A DNA stretch of 64,000 nucleotides, taken from IMG/VR virus record IMGVR_UViG_3300008114_000015. One strand, written 5' to 3'. The notes under the pieces are model-generated. The model did no database searches. It was not told the origin of the DNA and saw only the letters and a list, made by a program, of their open reading frames with translations. Below, one piece after another: positions 38,499-47,112 of this stretch. The stretch's first letter is position 1, and each line of letters starts with the position of its first letter. The position numbers and the translations under genes were made by a program. This stretch comes from an uncultured virus (IMG/VR IMGVR_UViG_3300008114_000015) (lineage: Duplodnaviria > Heunggongvirae > Uroviricota > Caudoviricetes).

Positions 38499-38547
38499 CC
38501 CTTACGAAGTAAGTCAGAGACTAGGGTGGGCGGGTCTCAACACAAAC
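38499..38547 (+). repeat. G-run/CAACACAAAC element copy 6
   Basis: CCCT TAC GAA GTA AGTC AGA GACT A GGG T GGG C GGG TCT CAACACAAAC. Confidence 0.85.
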
Positions 38548-38617
38548 ATTTGCGCGAGCTGCGGCCGGCGCGATCCACCGAACCCCCCACCCTTGCGAGT
38601 GGGGGTCGGCGTGAGTT

Positions 38618-39082
38618 CTAGGAAATGACCAGTTCCCTATTCTCCGTAAGGGTTTCGACAACCTTCGGATGAAGTTCCGCACGCATGCTTGCGAAATCCA
38701 TTGGCATACCCGAGGCAAGAACCCGAGAGAGCAACTTAGCGAGAGAGTAATCAGGATTTAGACTCTGCGCTGTGAATAGTGAAGCGTGGGCGAGGTCGTT
38801 ATCCCCTGCTTCAGAGTAGAAGGCGGATAATACGGAGTAGAACGGAACTCGGTCGGCTTCCGCTACGAGTGGCAACAGGTCGGATACGAAACTAATCGCT
38901 CCTTGTGCCGTTAGAACATCAGGTAGTAATCCGAGAATATAATCCCGAACTTGTAGGTCGTTATTTACTGCGAACGCCACAACTTCAGCGAGGTCTGCTG
39001 ATAGTGGTGCGTTATTTACATGCTCCAGCATGAGAGCGTCTATCGCTTCTACTGCTGAGCCGTAAGTGATGACTTTGGTCAT
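38618..39082 (-). CDS. DUF4192-like helical protein
   Basis: NDLQVRDY and NPDYSLAKLL motifs resemble actinobacterial DUF4192. Confidence 0.5.
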   Translation of the reverse strand: MTKVITYGSAVEAIDALMLEHVNNAPLSADLAEVVAFAVNNDLQVRDYILGLLPDVLTAQGAISFVSDLLPLVAEADRVPFYSVLSAFYSEAGDNDLAHASLFTAQSLNPDYSLAKLLSRVLASGMPMDFASMRAELHPKVVETLTENRELVIS

Positions 39083-39130
39083 CTTTGCCCCTTCTTTCTT
39101 ATCGGCTACTTCTGTTTCACCGATAGGAGA

Positions 39131-39185
39131 ACCTTCTCACTTTCTCACAGTTAGCGGAATAGGCTTTGTTGTTATCTACATCACA
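39131..39185 (-). promoter_or_regulatory. Conserved early promoter + CRP-like box (copy 7)
   Basis: TGTTAtctacaTCACA 39170-39185; CAAAGCCTA-TTCCGC-17nt-GAAGGT. Confidence 0.7.
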
Positions 39186-39219
39186 TTCCTGGCCGAACAT
39201 CTGTTCGAGCTTCTCTCCC

Positions 39220-39270
39220 CCCTATTCCCTTTAGGGTTGAGTCAGGGTGGGTGGGCTGACCAACACAAAC
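39220..39270 (+). repeat. G-run/CAACACAAAC element copy 7
   Basis: CCCT ATT CCCT TT AGGG ttgagtc A GGG T GGG T GGG CTGAC CAACACAAAC. Confidence 0.85.
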
Positions 39271-39332
39271 ATTTCGCCGAGCAAGACGAAGCGCCCACCG
39301 ATTGGCAGGCGCTCCGCTGTTGTGGGGCAACT

Positions 39333-39878
39333 CTATTGTTTGAGCATTTCCCTAATGTTGTTCATGACATCTTCATCAGATAGCTGTTCGCCGTCCGTGT
39401 TGATCCATTCCATGATTTGGTCAATCATCTCGCCGTCTGTCATTTCCCCTCCTCGAAGAAGCACTCGGTGATTGTTCCCCAGCAGTATCCATCGCCAACC
39501 CAGTTGATGTGAGTGGCTAGGTAATAGATACCTATGACTAATGATGTCCAGAATAAGACCCGAACAAGTGTTCGAATTCGATAGTAAGTAGGACTACGCA
39601 TCACGAAGTCCGTTTTCCTCAAAGATTGTGGCACTCACGCCGTAATCAAAGAGATTGGTTGCGCCCGCCATGCTTGAGATGTGGGAGATGGTGTTGAGCA
39701 TTGAGGAAGCAAGGTCTTTATCTACACCTAGTCGCACTAGGTCGTTGATTGCCTCGGATACCAGCCACTCGCTGAATGATGTGATGTGATTGCGAAAGAA
39801 CGGGAAGTCCTCGTCGCTGAGGTTTGCGCTTGAGGTGATTAACATCATGCGCTTTGCGTTTTCTGCTGTGATTGCCAT
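39333..39878 (-). CDS. Three small genes: 39594-39878, 39440-39601 (one TM segment), 39333-39443
   Basis: Overlapping ORFs; AAGGGGCAAC RBS before ATG 39878; GAGGAGGGG before ATG 39443. Confidence 0.6.
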
Positions 39879-39920
39879 TTGTTGCCCCTTTACCAACACT
39901 CGGTCGGTGTTGATGGTTGA

Positions 39921-40019
39921 ACTATGGCAGACACGCTGAGTTAGCGGAAGTAGGTTTGTAATAATGTGGCGCATCTCACAAAGCTGACCCCCCCAGGGTT
40001 AAATGTGGCCAAAATCACA
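39921..40019 (-). promoter_or_regulatory. Conserved early promoter (copy 8) + two CRP-like boxes
   Basis: CAAACCTAC-TTCCGC-17nt-CATAGT; TGTGGcgcatcTCACA 39965-39980 and TGTGGccaaaaTCACA 40004-40019. Confidence 0.7.
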
Positions 40020-40487
40020 AAGGGGGGCCAGGTCTCAAATGTAGGTAACACCTCAATTTGTCACACAGTAGCCTAGGGAGTAGAGTCGGCCCCCATGCGA
40101 TACAAGCTTATGGAGTACGACTTCTTTGCGGAAGAGTGGAGTGGTCAATGTGGCGCTTGTGGATTCTGGTTATATGCTCCGAATAAGGAAGCGTACAATG
40201 AGTCCCGCTGGATACATACGCATTCAGATCAATGCCTTGGAGGTTATTAATGAAAGAGCCGTTTATTGTTGAAAGAGATGACATTATTGGTGTTATCTGG
40301 CATCCGGATCTCGGAGAGTTACCTATCCTTGTTGGATCTCGTGATTTCTTCGAATACCTTGAAGAACAAGGCTATGAAGACACTATGGAAGCAGATGAAT
40401 TAATATTTGAGTTGCGTGACTACATCCGCACAGAATGCGAAAAGATTTAGACCAAATTCAGCCCCTTGCTGACTTACCCTATATGCC

Positions 40488-40709
40488 ATGTTCATGGTAT
40501 GGCTTATGGAGCAAGAAGACCGGGATGATGAAGTAGGCGATCTACAAAGACTCATCCATAGGGACTTTAATAACGGCTGTCTGCCTCCTCCTAAAAGCGT
40601 CAAGTCTGTGGTTGAGCATTTCATAAACCACCACCCAGAGCGCTTTATTGAGATACGTCAAAATCTCATAGCAGCTATTAAGGCATACGACGCCCCTTTA
40701 GATAAGTAA
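40488..40709 (+). CDS. YozE-like small helical protein
   Basis: F..WL.EQ.DRDD.VGDL...I..D pattern. Confidence 0.5.
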   Translation: MFMVWLMEQEDRDDEVGDLQRLIHRDFNNGCLPPPKSVKSVVEHFINHHPERFIEIRQNLIAAIKAYDAPLDK

Positions 40710-40718
40710 ACTTATTCC

Positions 40719-41809
40719 ATGCCTAAGAAATCTGACCGCGTAGATAATTCTGACTGGAAGAACTCTTCCCCTAAAACAGGCACAGGTGAAACCTGGCGTC
40801 AGTGGGCCATGGCCAATCCAAATCGCAAAGCAAATGCAAAGAAAGCTCTTGCTGAGACTGATCCTAATAGTCCAGATTTCGTAGCAACCACAACTAATAC
40901 TCGTTCCGGTACTAAGGCAAGAGATGCACAAGTTGGCAAATGGCAAAAGGCCCGTCCTGTAACAGGCAAGGGTGGAGCAAAGAGTGATGCTGAGAAAGAA
41001 AAGAAGCGTCAGAAGATGATCCAATGGGCACAATGGAATCCTAATAAGCGTTCTAACGCACAACGTGCATTAAAGAAGAGCAAGTAATGGAACCTAACAA
41101 GACTCAATTTGGCAAAGTAATCTCAATGGCAGATTACAAAGCAAAGAAAGAAGAACAGACTCAACCCGGCGAGCGCATGTGGGGACCACAACATGCAGGA
41201 GTTGTGAAGAAGTATGAAAAAGAAGATTAAAGATCCTGCACTAGGACGCACACGTGAAGAACGTGCATTTGGTGAAGGTGTACGTACAGGGTCGTCTCGG
41301 GCGAAAGAGTTCTATGGAACACGTTCTATTCAAGGCGGAATCTATGGCGGTGTACGTCCATCATTCGGTCGCTATCAAGTCTCTGAACAAGCTACAGATA
41401 TGTTGGGACGATAATGCCTAGACAGAAAAAAGTTTCCATGTACAAAGGGCGCACCTTAAGTCAAATGGCTACTGGAAAGCAAGACCATTCCGCAAAAAAG
41501 GCTTTGACGTCTAGGGCTGTAAAAATGAACTATCATCCAGATGCAGCTTCTGAAATATTAAAACATATGTCAGAAAACAAGGTTGCTAAGGTTGATCCGA
41601 AGGTTGCTGACAAGATTGACCAAGATTGGGCCCAACGACAACTTAATACTCCGGGATCTCAACAGTTTAGAGGGTTGATGGAAGAGGCCCCTAATAACGC
41701 TCCCGTGTACGGTAGCAAAGAAAACAGAATTCGTAGATCAATGGAAAACAATCCTAAGTTAGACTTAAAACCCGCTGAAGCGGATATAGACAGGGACAGG
41801 TATATCTAA
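40719..41809 (+). CDS. Run of small basic hypothetical genes (40719-41087, 41087-41230, 41214-41414, 41414-41809)
   Basis: Coupled Lys/Arg-rich ORFs. Confidence 0.55.
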
Positions 41810-42087
41810 TGGCTACTAAAACTGCTGCATGGACCCGCAAAGAAGGAAAAAATCAAAAAGGCGGTCTAAATGAAAAAGGACGTAAGTCTTATGAACGTGC
41901 AAATCCGGGAAGCGATCTTAAGCCACCCGTCAAGCGCGAACAAGCAAAGAAAAGCCCTAAGTCAGCTGCTAGACGCAAATCTTTTTGCGCCCGTATGGAA
42001 GGCATGAAGAAGCAGAATACATCTGCCAAAACTGCTCGTGATCCAAACAGTCGCATTAATAAATCACTTCGCGCCTGGGATTGCTAA
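41809..42087 (+). CDS. Conserved basic phage protein (DUF6321-like)
   Basis: AWTRKEGKN.KGGLNEKGR...RRKSFCARM...SRINKSLRAWDC. Confidence 0.7.
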   Translation: MATKTAAWTRKEGKNQKGGLNEKGRKSYERANPGSDLKPPVKREQAKKSPKSAARRKSFCARMEGMKKQNTSAKTARDPNSRINKSLRAWDC

Positions 42088-42368
42088 TGTGTGAACATGT
42101 CTACAAAGACATGGGTGTTGACACCTGTCCCCTATGTGGAAAATATACTCATAGGATAGACTGGGACTTACAGCACAAGCTCATGAGAGAGTGGAAAGAA
42201 GCGAACCCAAACGCTAAATATGAAGGGTGGTGGAGCATATGAGTTCTGGCTCATTTAAGAAACATCATGGCTTCAATAAAACCCAAATTAAAGATGGCTG
42301 GATTGTTCGCTTGCGTAAAGATGGAACTATTAAAGCAAGATTAGAACCATATCCAAGGGTGAAGAGAA

Positions 42369-42662
42369 ATGGCTGAAACTAAAAAGTTTGGTCCTTATAA
42401 AGGATCTAAAGCTAATGGCGGTCGTCCTATTTACGTCTATAAGAAGAAAGTAGACGGCAAGTGGGTTACTACCTCTAAGAATAAAGCACGTGCAGATTAC
42501 GAGTCTAAAAACGGCAAAATTGGCGACAAGAACAAAACTGTTGACCACAAAGACAATAACCACAATAATGACTCTAAAGGTAATTTAAGAGTGCTATCTA
42601 GAAGCAAGAACACTGCCAAAGAGAACAAACGCCGTGCAGGAAAGAAGGAGAACGAGAAGTGA
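42369..42662 (+). CDS. HNH-like endonuclease
   Basis: VDHKDNNHNNDSKGNLRVLSRSKN. Confidence 0.7.
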   Translation: MAETKKFGPYKGSKANGGRPIYVYKKKVDGKWVTTSKNKARADYESKNGKIGDKNKTVDHKDNNHNNDSKGNLRVLSRSKNTAKENKRRAGKKENEK

Positions 42663-42798
42663 GCGATACAGCATCTCGTATCTGTGATCAATGTGCTCAA
42701 GGACCTGCTCCTTTTAAACACTTACCTGTTGATAAAAAAGAAGTTAGTTGGCTATGCTTTGAATGCGAAACCAAACGACTAGAGGTTAGGAGCGAGTA

Positions 42799-43172
42799 AT
42801 GAAACCAGCAAAAGGTCAGTTTGACGATCACAGTTGCCCAGGTTGCCCTGATACAAAAGACTTTGATAATGTAATCAGTCAGGGAGGATTGTTCTCTGGT
42901 TGGGCTAAAGCAGCTAAAGAGCACGCTATAGCCTCACACAAGTTTGATTTAGCAGCCGATAACTACTTAAAGAACAGGTAATCATGATAACTACTGTTGA
43001 TCGAAAGTTAACAGCAGAAGATAGATGTGATAAGTGCAGTGCTGCAGCAAAAGTTGTAGCTACATTTTTAAATGGTGAATTAATGTTTTGCGGTCATCAC
43101 GCAAAAGAATTTAAAACTTCTTTGTTTAATACATCAATGGAAGTTTACGATCCAGATAACGTTTTAATTTAG
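42799..43172 (+). CDS. Two small Cys-containing proteins (42799-42981, 42984-43172)
   Basis: HSCPGC; DRCDKCSA...LMFCGHH. Confidence 0.55.
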
Positions 43173-43187
43173 TAAACTGATTGGCAT

Positions 43188-45725
43188 ATGCCAATACTGC
43201 GTACATTCGCAGCACTATCTGGTTTAATAAATAAACTTTACTTCGTTGCAGGTTTCTGCCTTATTTATGTTCTTCTTGTGATTTCCCCTGCTTACGCTGA
43301 AGGGGAAGCGTCAACAACCACATCAGAAACAAGCCAGCAGACCACACAAAATCCAGAGCCATCTACTTCTCCGACTCCAGAGCCTTCAACCTCTCCAGCA
43401 CCGGTCGAAGCATCACCTTCACCAACACAAAGTCCAGAGCCAACCCCAACCCCAAACCAAACAGAAACCACAGCGCCTGCTCCATCACCTACTCCTTCCA
43501 CAGAGTCTTCGAGCGAAGCGACTCCAACTCCGACTCCAACTGCAGAACCTTCTGCTGCAACTTCGGACCCTCAATCTTCCAATACGACATATTCCACTGA
43601 GGCGCCTCCATCCCCCCAACCAACAACTTCTTCTGCATCCGATCCAAGTCCGACTGCTGCGCCTGAACCTTCGCCTTCGACCAGCGCAACTCCTCTTCCA
43701 ACATCAGAATCCGCTCCATCTTCTGAACCGAGTCCAAGTTCAACACCGACTCCAGAGCCTTCACCTTCCGTAACAACGGCTCCCGAGTCTGGATCCAACC
43801 AACAATCCACCCAGACAGAAACGCAAACAAGTACAACAACATCTCCCACACAGACTCCAGCATTAACTACCTCCACACCTGAACCAGCGCCAGTTGTTAC
43901 TGAAACAGTAACTCCAGGCGGAGACGACATGTCTTATAGAATTCCACTTACAACCACTGTCGTGTTTAACGGAGTGACGTATGCAGATGTATATGCTACA
44001 ACCAATTCAGTAATCACCTTCGGTAATCCTGATGGAACTTATTGGACTTATCCAAACACTCCGTCTATCTCTATTGAGTCTAAAGACTGGTGGGCACTTC
44101 CTAATCACATGCCAGATACGCACTTCATCATTAGAACTAGCGATGGCGGATTTCAAGTAGATGGCGCATATCGTCCTTATGGAGTTATGACCGGTGACAC
44201 CACCACGATTGTTATTACTGGACAGATCCTTACAGATGGAACTGTCTCTTACACATACTCTGTAGATGGACCTTTAGCTGGTAACGAGCGCACCGGAGCG
44301 CGACTACAAGACGGATCTATTGTTACTCTTGAACAAGCTGGCGTTACTCAAGTTACGGCTCCTATTGAGTTAACTCCTGAACCAGTTGTAGAACCTACTC
44401 CACCACCTGCTCCAGAACCAACTCCAACGCCAGAGCCTACTCCTCAACCTGAGCCAACTCCCACTCCTCAGCCAACTCCTGAGCCTTCACCTGCCCCAAC
44501 ACCTGAGCCCACTCCGACTCCCACGCCCGAACCACAGCCCACACCAGAACCAACACCAGCACCGCAGCCAGAACCAACCCCAACACCAACCCCAGAACCA
44601 ACTCCGACACCTGAACCTACTCCTCAGCCTCAACCTCAGCCGACTCCAACGCCTGAGCCAACTCCCGCACCGCAACCAGAGCCAACACCACAGCCGCAAC
44701 CACAGCCAGAACCACAACCCGAACCTTCACCTGTAACTCCTACAAATCCGTCAGTCGACCCTGCGCCAACCAATCCAACTCCTGAGCCCGCTCCTCAGCC
44801 TCAGCCTGAGCCAAGCGCTCCATCAGAACCTGCACCTGTGGATCCTCCATCATTGCCTGAATCGCCTGTTGAACCGCCGGTCGAACCTCTTCCTGAAAAC
44901 CCTTCTGAAGAAACGGAATCTCCTCAAGAGCCTGTTGAAGAACCTGCTCAAGAGGATTCACAAAACTCGGAAGAAGAATCCCAGGACGTTCCTGCAGATG
45001 ACACTCCTTCAGACACTCCAGTCGAGCCAGAGAGTCCTCAAGATCCTGACGAAGCTTCCACAGATCAACCGACAGACTCATCTACTGATTCACCCACAGA
45101 AGAAGAGCAACAGCCCACAGAAGAGACGTCACAACCCACAGAGAACGAAGGAACTGACGAAAGCGACGAGTCTTCGGCTGAACCCCCTTTTGAAGAATCA
45201 GAACAGCAACAACCAGACACACAAGAGCCACAAAATCAGTTGGAAGAATCATCCCCAGATAATACACCTAAAGAAGAATTGGTTAGCCAACTACTTGAAC
45301 AATCTGACGGAGAACCAGTTACTGCAGAAGCAATAGCGGAAGCAGGTTTGTCATATGAAGATCTTCCACCAGAGACCCCTGTTGAGGTTAGGACTGATGA
45401 AGAAGGAAATGCAGTTATTATTACTGCAGAGGTTGCTGCTGCACTAGTTTTGCTTGATAACCCGGCAGAACTACTCGGTGAACTATTTTCGGATCCCGGA
45501 CAGGTATTAACTGCGCTATCTAACATAGGCGCAGATATGACTGAAGCAGAACGTGAAGAGTCTGAGAAAGTCATTGTTGCATCGGTAATAGTTGGTCAAA
45601 TTGCTGTTCAAGCAGCCGCATCGGCCGCTCTAGCAGCCACACAATCTTCTACCGGTAACACCGGTGGATCTGGGGGCGGAGCGCCTACAGGAGACGCAAA
45701 AGCAGTTAGGAGAAGGAAACCATGA
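43188..45725 (+). CDS. Secreted/membrane-anchored Pro-rich repeat protein
   Basis: Signal-like N-terminus ending PAYA-E, long PEPT/PQP repeats flanking a beta-rich domain, acidic linker, hydrophobic C-terminal segment and RRRKP. Confidence 0.75.
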   Translation: MPILRTFAALSGLINKLYFVAGFCLIYVLLVISPAYAEGEASTTTSETSQQTTQNPEPSTSPTPEPSTSPAPVEASPSPTQSPEPTPTPNQTETTAPAPSPTPSTESSSEATPTPTPTAEPSAATSDPQSSNTTYSTEAPPSPQPTTSSASDPSPTAAPEPSPSTSATPLPTSESAPSSEPSPSSTPTPEPSPSVTTAPESGSNQQSTQTETQTSTTTSPTQTPALTTSTPEPAPVVTETVTPGGDDMSYRIPLTTTVVFNGVTYADVYATTNSVITFGNPDGTYWTYPNTPSISIESKDWWALPNHMPDTHFIIRTSDGGFQVDGAYRPYGVMTGDTTTIVITGQILTDGTVSYTYSVDGPLAGNERTGARLQDGSIVTLEQAGVTQVTAPIELTPEPVVEPTPPPAPEPTPTPEPTPQPEPTPTPQPTPEPSPAPTPEPTPTPTPEPQPTPEPTPAPQPEPTPTPTPEPTPTPEPTPQPQPQPTPTPEPTPAPQPEPTPQPQPQPEPQPEPSPVTPTNPSVDPAPTNPTPEPAPQPQPEPSAPSEPAPVDPPSLPESPVEPPVEPLPENPSEETESPQEPVEEPAQEDSQNSEEESQDVPADDTPSDTPVEPESPQDPDEASTDQPTDSSTDSPTEEEQQPTEETSQPTENEGTDESDESSAEPPFEESEQQQPDTQEPQNQLEESSPDNTPKEELVSQLLEQSDGEPVTAEAIAEAGLSYEDLPPETPVEVRTDEEGNAVIITAEVAAALVLLDNPAELLGELFSDPGQVLTALSNIGADMTEAEREESEKVIVASVIVGQIAVQAAASAALAATQSSTGNTGGSGGGAPTGDAKAVRRRKP
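44380..44900 (+). repeat. Coding (PEPTPT/PQP)n tandem repeats
   Basis: Degenerate CCN-rich repeats. Confidence 0.8.
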
Positions 45726-45892
45726 AGATATTAAGAGACTTTGTCGAGCAGTTATGGACCCTATTAGGTATGTTTGTAGCCTGGGTGGTCCTCGACGGAA
45801 GTGCTAGAACGGTTGTTGGATACGCAATTATCGCTACGACCTTAGCATGGGCGGTGACTTACCCACTTCGCAACCCCAAGGACGAGGAATGA
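45722..45892 (+). CDS. Small two-TM membrane protein (holin-like; not in ORF track)
   Basis: MKILRDFVEQLWTLLGMFVAWVVLDGSARTVVGYAIIATTLAWAVTYPLRNPKDEE. Confidence 0.6.
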   Translation: MKILRDFVEQLWTLLGMFVAWVVLDGSARTVVGYAIIATTLAWAVTYPLRNPKDEE

Positions 45893-46077
45893 AAAAACTA
45901 CTACTAGCAGGACTACTGCTTCTAACTGGATGTGGATACGACGGTCACTACCGTTACCCATGTCAAGACCCAGTTAATTGGGAAAAAGCAGAATGTAAAC
46001 CACCTGTTTGTACAGCAAGTGGTACCTGTCCTGTAGACTTAGTGCCTAACTTTGAAGAAGGAACATCAAATGGCTAA
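45889..46077 (+). CDS. Small lipoprotein
   Basis: MKKLLLAGLLLLTG-C lipobox. Confidence 0.7.
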   Translation: MKKLLLAGLLLLTGCGYDGHYRYPCQDPVNWEKAECKPPVCTASGTCPVDLVPNFEEGTSNG

Positions 46078-46480
46078 AGAACGACTAACACCGCAAGAAC
46101 TAGACGCCAGATTAAAGTTTATTCTTGGTATTACTTTAGGTTCAATTTTATTTTTTACCGCAATCGGTATTCTTTATGGTCTTTTATTTGTAACCCAACC
46201 TATTGGGGCACAGTCAGAAAATGACAAAATGTTCTTTAACGTACTTGGTAGCGTAGCTACATTCATTACCGGAACTCTTGCCGGTCTTCTAATTGGACAG
46301 TCTGGCGCTAAAGATATTATGGCCGCACAATTAGCAAACAAAGAGATGGACGCTAAAAACACACAAGCGGACAAAAAACTTGAAGCAGAGATTGATGCCA
46401 CAGCTGCACGTCTAGCAGCAAAGCCTGATGGTCAAATGCCAGAAGAGCAACCAGTTGATTTAGATTGGGATAAAGATTAA
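46070..46480 (+). CDS. Two-TM membrane protein (lysis module)
   Basis: Two hydrophobic helices; upstream of the endolysin. Confidence 0.65.
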   Translation: MAKERLTPQELDARLKFILGITLGSILFFTAIGILYGLLFVTQPIGAQSENDKMFFNVLGSVATFITGTLAGLLIGQSGAKDIMAAQLANKEMDAKNTQADKKLEAEIDATAARLAAKPDGQMPEEQPVDLDWDKD

Positions 46481-47058
46481 TGGCAGAACAGGGAACAGCA
46501 GCTCGTCTTATTGAAGTTGCTAAAGGTGAAATAGGAACTATCGAAGGTCCTAAAGACAACGAGACTAAATACGGCGCTTACACAAAAGCAAATTTCCAAC
46601 CTTGGTGCGGAAGTTTCGTTATGTGGTGCGCTAACGAAGCCGGAGTAAAAGTTCCTAATACTGTTTACACCCCTGGCGGTGCGGCAGCATTTAAGAAAAA
46701 GGGCGCATGGATTGACGGAGATGTGGCCGATCCAGAGCCAGGAGATATCGCCTATTTTGATTTCCCAGCAGATGGGGTCGATAGAATTTCTCACGTAGGA
46801 ATTGTTATCAAAGATAACGAAGACGGAACTGTTTGGTGCATTGAAGGCAATACTTCATCTAAAAAGTCTGGTAGCCAACGAAATGGCGGAGAAGTTTGCA
46901 AACAACTTCGTGCCTACAAAAAGAACAAAGCCGGAGTTCAAATCTCTATCGTAGGTTTTGGACGTCCTAAGTTTAAAGGGGCAGGCGCCTCATCAGCCAG
47001 CGCTCCAACCAGTCAAGTAGAAACATGCCCTACTTGCGGTCAAACAATTAAAAAATAG
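46480..47058 (+). CDS. CHAP-domain endolysin
   Basis: PWCGSFVMW, PGDIAYF, SHVGIV, IEGNT. Confidence 0.9.
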   Translation: MAEQGTAARLIEVAKGEIGTIEGPKDNETKYGAYTKANFQPWCGSFVMWCANEAGVKVPNTVYTPGGAAAFKKKGAWIDGDVADPEPGDIAYFDFPADGVDRISHVGIVIKDNEDGTVWCIEGNTSSKKSGSQRNGGEVCKQLRAYKKNKAGVQISIVGFGRPKFKGAGASSASAPTSQVETCPTCGQTIKK

Positions 47059-47112
47059 TTATAATAATCACGAGTCGCCAACCGGGACTCATTAACTAAT
47101 CATGTCTAAGGA

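Noticed and set aside
33631..39270. Repeats as a CRISPR or mini-CRISPR array
   Set aside because: Copies are 0.6-1.3 kb apart, separated by genes and degenerate; the Cas4-like gene at 16222 sits in a recombination module
33631..39270. Integron attC sites
   Set aside because: No consistent RYYYAAC...GTTRRRY ends and no integrase in the window; cassettes have their own promoters
33100..40100. DnaA-box origin
   Set aside because: No TTATCCACA-type cluster seen
43292..45574. Antisense and alternate-frame ORFs over the Pro-rich gene (also 49139-49896)
   Set aside because: Shadow ORFs produced by repeat codon structure
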